Shown here piece by piece: positions 33,192 to 33,996 of a DNA stretch of 33,996 nucleotides; position 1 is the stretch's first letter; every line of letters begins with the position of its first letter. The stretch covers positions 1-33,996 of the forward strand of contig JACSSI010000001.1 in NCBI GenBank assembly GCA_014879345.1, given 5' to 3'. Made by a program: the position numbers and the translations under genes. The DNA comes from Anaerolineae bacterium (GTDB taxonomy: Bacteria; Chloroflexota; Anaerolineae; Promineifilales; Promineifilaceae). The notes under the pieces are model-generated. The model saw only the letters and a program-made list of their open reading frames with translations. It was not told the DNA's origin and ran no database searches.

Positions 33192-33512
33192 ATGAATAAT
33201 TTACAACAAACTGAGCAATCATCCCTGGCTCTCTTTACCAATATCCTCCAGGCGTCACTGCCAGATCTGCGTCAGCGATACGGCTTAAGTGCTGTTTGGC
33301 TGTTTGGTTCTGTTGTCCGAGGCGAGGCATCTCCAGATAGCGACCTGGATGTATTAGTCACATTCGACAATCAACATTTATCCTTGCTTGAGTTTATTCA
33401 ACTAGAGCAGGAATTAAGTGACTTACTGCAAGTCAAAGTTGATTTAATTGAACGGGATACACTCAAACCTACCATCGGCCAAGAAATATTGCGTGAGGCC
33501 ATCGCAGTATGA
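33192..33512 (+). CDS. MNT-type nucleotidyltransferase (antitoxin of an MNT/HEPN pair)
   Basis: 106 aa. LFGSVVRGEASPDSDLDVLV is the minimal NTase signature. Its stop overlaps the HEPN start (ATGA at 33509-33512). Confidence 0.85.
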   Translation: MNNLQQTEQSSLALFTNILQASLPDLRQRYGLSAVWLFGSVVRGEASPDSDLDVLVTFDNQHLSLLEFIQLEQELSDLLQVKVDLIERDTLKPTIGQEILREAIAV

Positions 33513-33869
33513 CCCGCCGATACAAAGATGCCCTCCGCGACATTTTAGATGCTATCGAAAAAGCGCAAAGTTTTGTAGCAGGCATTGATTTCGATACCTT
33601 TGAAGCCAATGATGAAAAAAACTTTCGCAGTCATTCGTGCTCTAGAAATCGTCGGCGAAGCAGTTAAACAAATCCCCGAATCAGAACGCGACCTTTATCC
33701 ACAAATTCCCTGGAAAGCAGTTGCGGGTATGCGTGACAAATTGATCCACGGTTACTATGTGGTCAGCCTGACCAGAGTTTGGGAAACTGTGCAACGAGAT
33801 TTACCTCCTTTGCATGAAGTTGTTTCAGAAATACTGGCTGATCTTGAAAAATCTGCGCCATCTGCGTAA
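33509..33869 (+). pseudogene. HEPN (DUF86) toxin gene interrupted by a frameshift in an A7 run
   Basis: Frame A gives MTRRYKDALRDILDAIEKAQSFVAGIDFDTFEANDEK..., stopping at 33665. Frame B gives ...KTFAVIRALEIVGEAVKQIP...AGMRDKLIHGYYVV (the R-x4-H HEPN motif). Removing one A from 33615-33621 joins the two frames. Confidence 0.8.
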
Positions 33870-33875
33870 TCTGCG
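33851..33875 (-). repeat. Nonamer tandem repeat (ATCTGCG-NN) x3, the inverted orientation of the 25368 array
   Basis: ATCTGCG at 33851-33857, 33860-33866 and 33869-33875. The reverse complement GGATAAAAACCGCAGATTACGCAGATGGCGCAGATTTTT aligns with 25358-25396. Confidence 0.85.
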
Positions 33876-33905
33876 GTTTTTATCCAGAATAAGAAGTTCT
33901 CCCCG

Positions 33906-33914
33906 TGCTATAAT
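33906..33914 (+). promoter_or_regulatory. extended -10 TGcTATAAT of the intact icmF-like gene
   Basis: TATAAT at 33909-33914, AAGGAG at 33944-33949, ATG at 33958. A duplicate of this unit lies at 32927-32981. Confidence 0.5.
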
Positions 33915-33957
33915 CTCCATACCACTTAATTCCCACCTAAATTAAGGAGTTCAGCCC

Positions 33958-33996
33958 ATGACCCAAGTCACTCCCTACACACCACAAAACAAAATC
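33958..33996 (+). CDS. icmF-like methylmalonyl/isobutyryl-CoA mutase family gene; only the 5' end is in the window
   Basis: MTQVTPYTPQNKI... is identical in layout to the fragment at 32979, whose continuation ([24 protein letters not shown]) is the B12-binding N-terminus of IcmF-type mutases. Confidence 0.55.
   Translation, partial: MTQVTPYTPQNKI

Overview
Bacterial chromosomal window with about 30 credible CDS and one tRNA. (1) nt 1-5311 is the right-hand end of an integrated mobile element: excisionase-like HTH, membrane/winged-helix protein, small membrane protein, a lipobox+TM FtsK/SpoIIIE-like P-loop ATPase and a large serine recombinase. The recombinase ORF runs about 90 nt into the 3' end of a convergent DUF35 gene. 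(2) nt 5220-9568, minus strand, is an upper-mevalonate operon of archaeal design: class II HMG-CoA reductase, HMG-CoA synthase, thiolase-fold protein, DUF35. The thiolase-fold protein has non-canonical residues at all three expected catalytic positions. Both intercistronic gaps are filled by long hairpins built from TAGTGCG heptamers. (3) nt 9.7-31.7 kb is mostly housekeeping: REC+TadZ/CpaE-like protein, nucleotidyltransferase, deoC, lepB, tRNA-Lys, moeA fusion, PHP, TrmH/SpoU, metallophosphoesterase, mdh, PRC-barrel protein, acyl-CoA dehydrogenase, GNAT, EamA, DinB-like, alpha/beta hydrolase, ABC-F. It also holds an unusual DUF952-nucleoside phosphorylase fusion. (4) nt 31.7-33.9 kb is a toxin-antitoxin islet: a decayed PIN remnant, UPF0175/DUF3368, and MNT/HEPN with a frameshifted HEPN. 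It is inserted in front of an icmF-like gene whose promoter and 5' end are duplicated on both sides of the MNT/HEPN cassette. The strongest signal not explained by genes is a hyper-abundant palindrome, AACGGCCGTT. I count 40 exact copies by manual scan against about 0.03 expected. It occurs in genes on both strands, in the mobile element and directly after stop codons, which is HIP1-like behaviour, and I do not recognise the word as a described element. Other short-repeat families are a CGCAGAT nonamer array and a CAACAGT heptamer array inside moeA. Several genes appear leaderless. The taxon cannot be determined from the window; a Chloroflexota-like lineage is only a guess.
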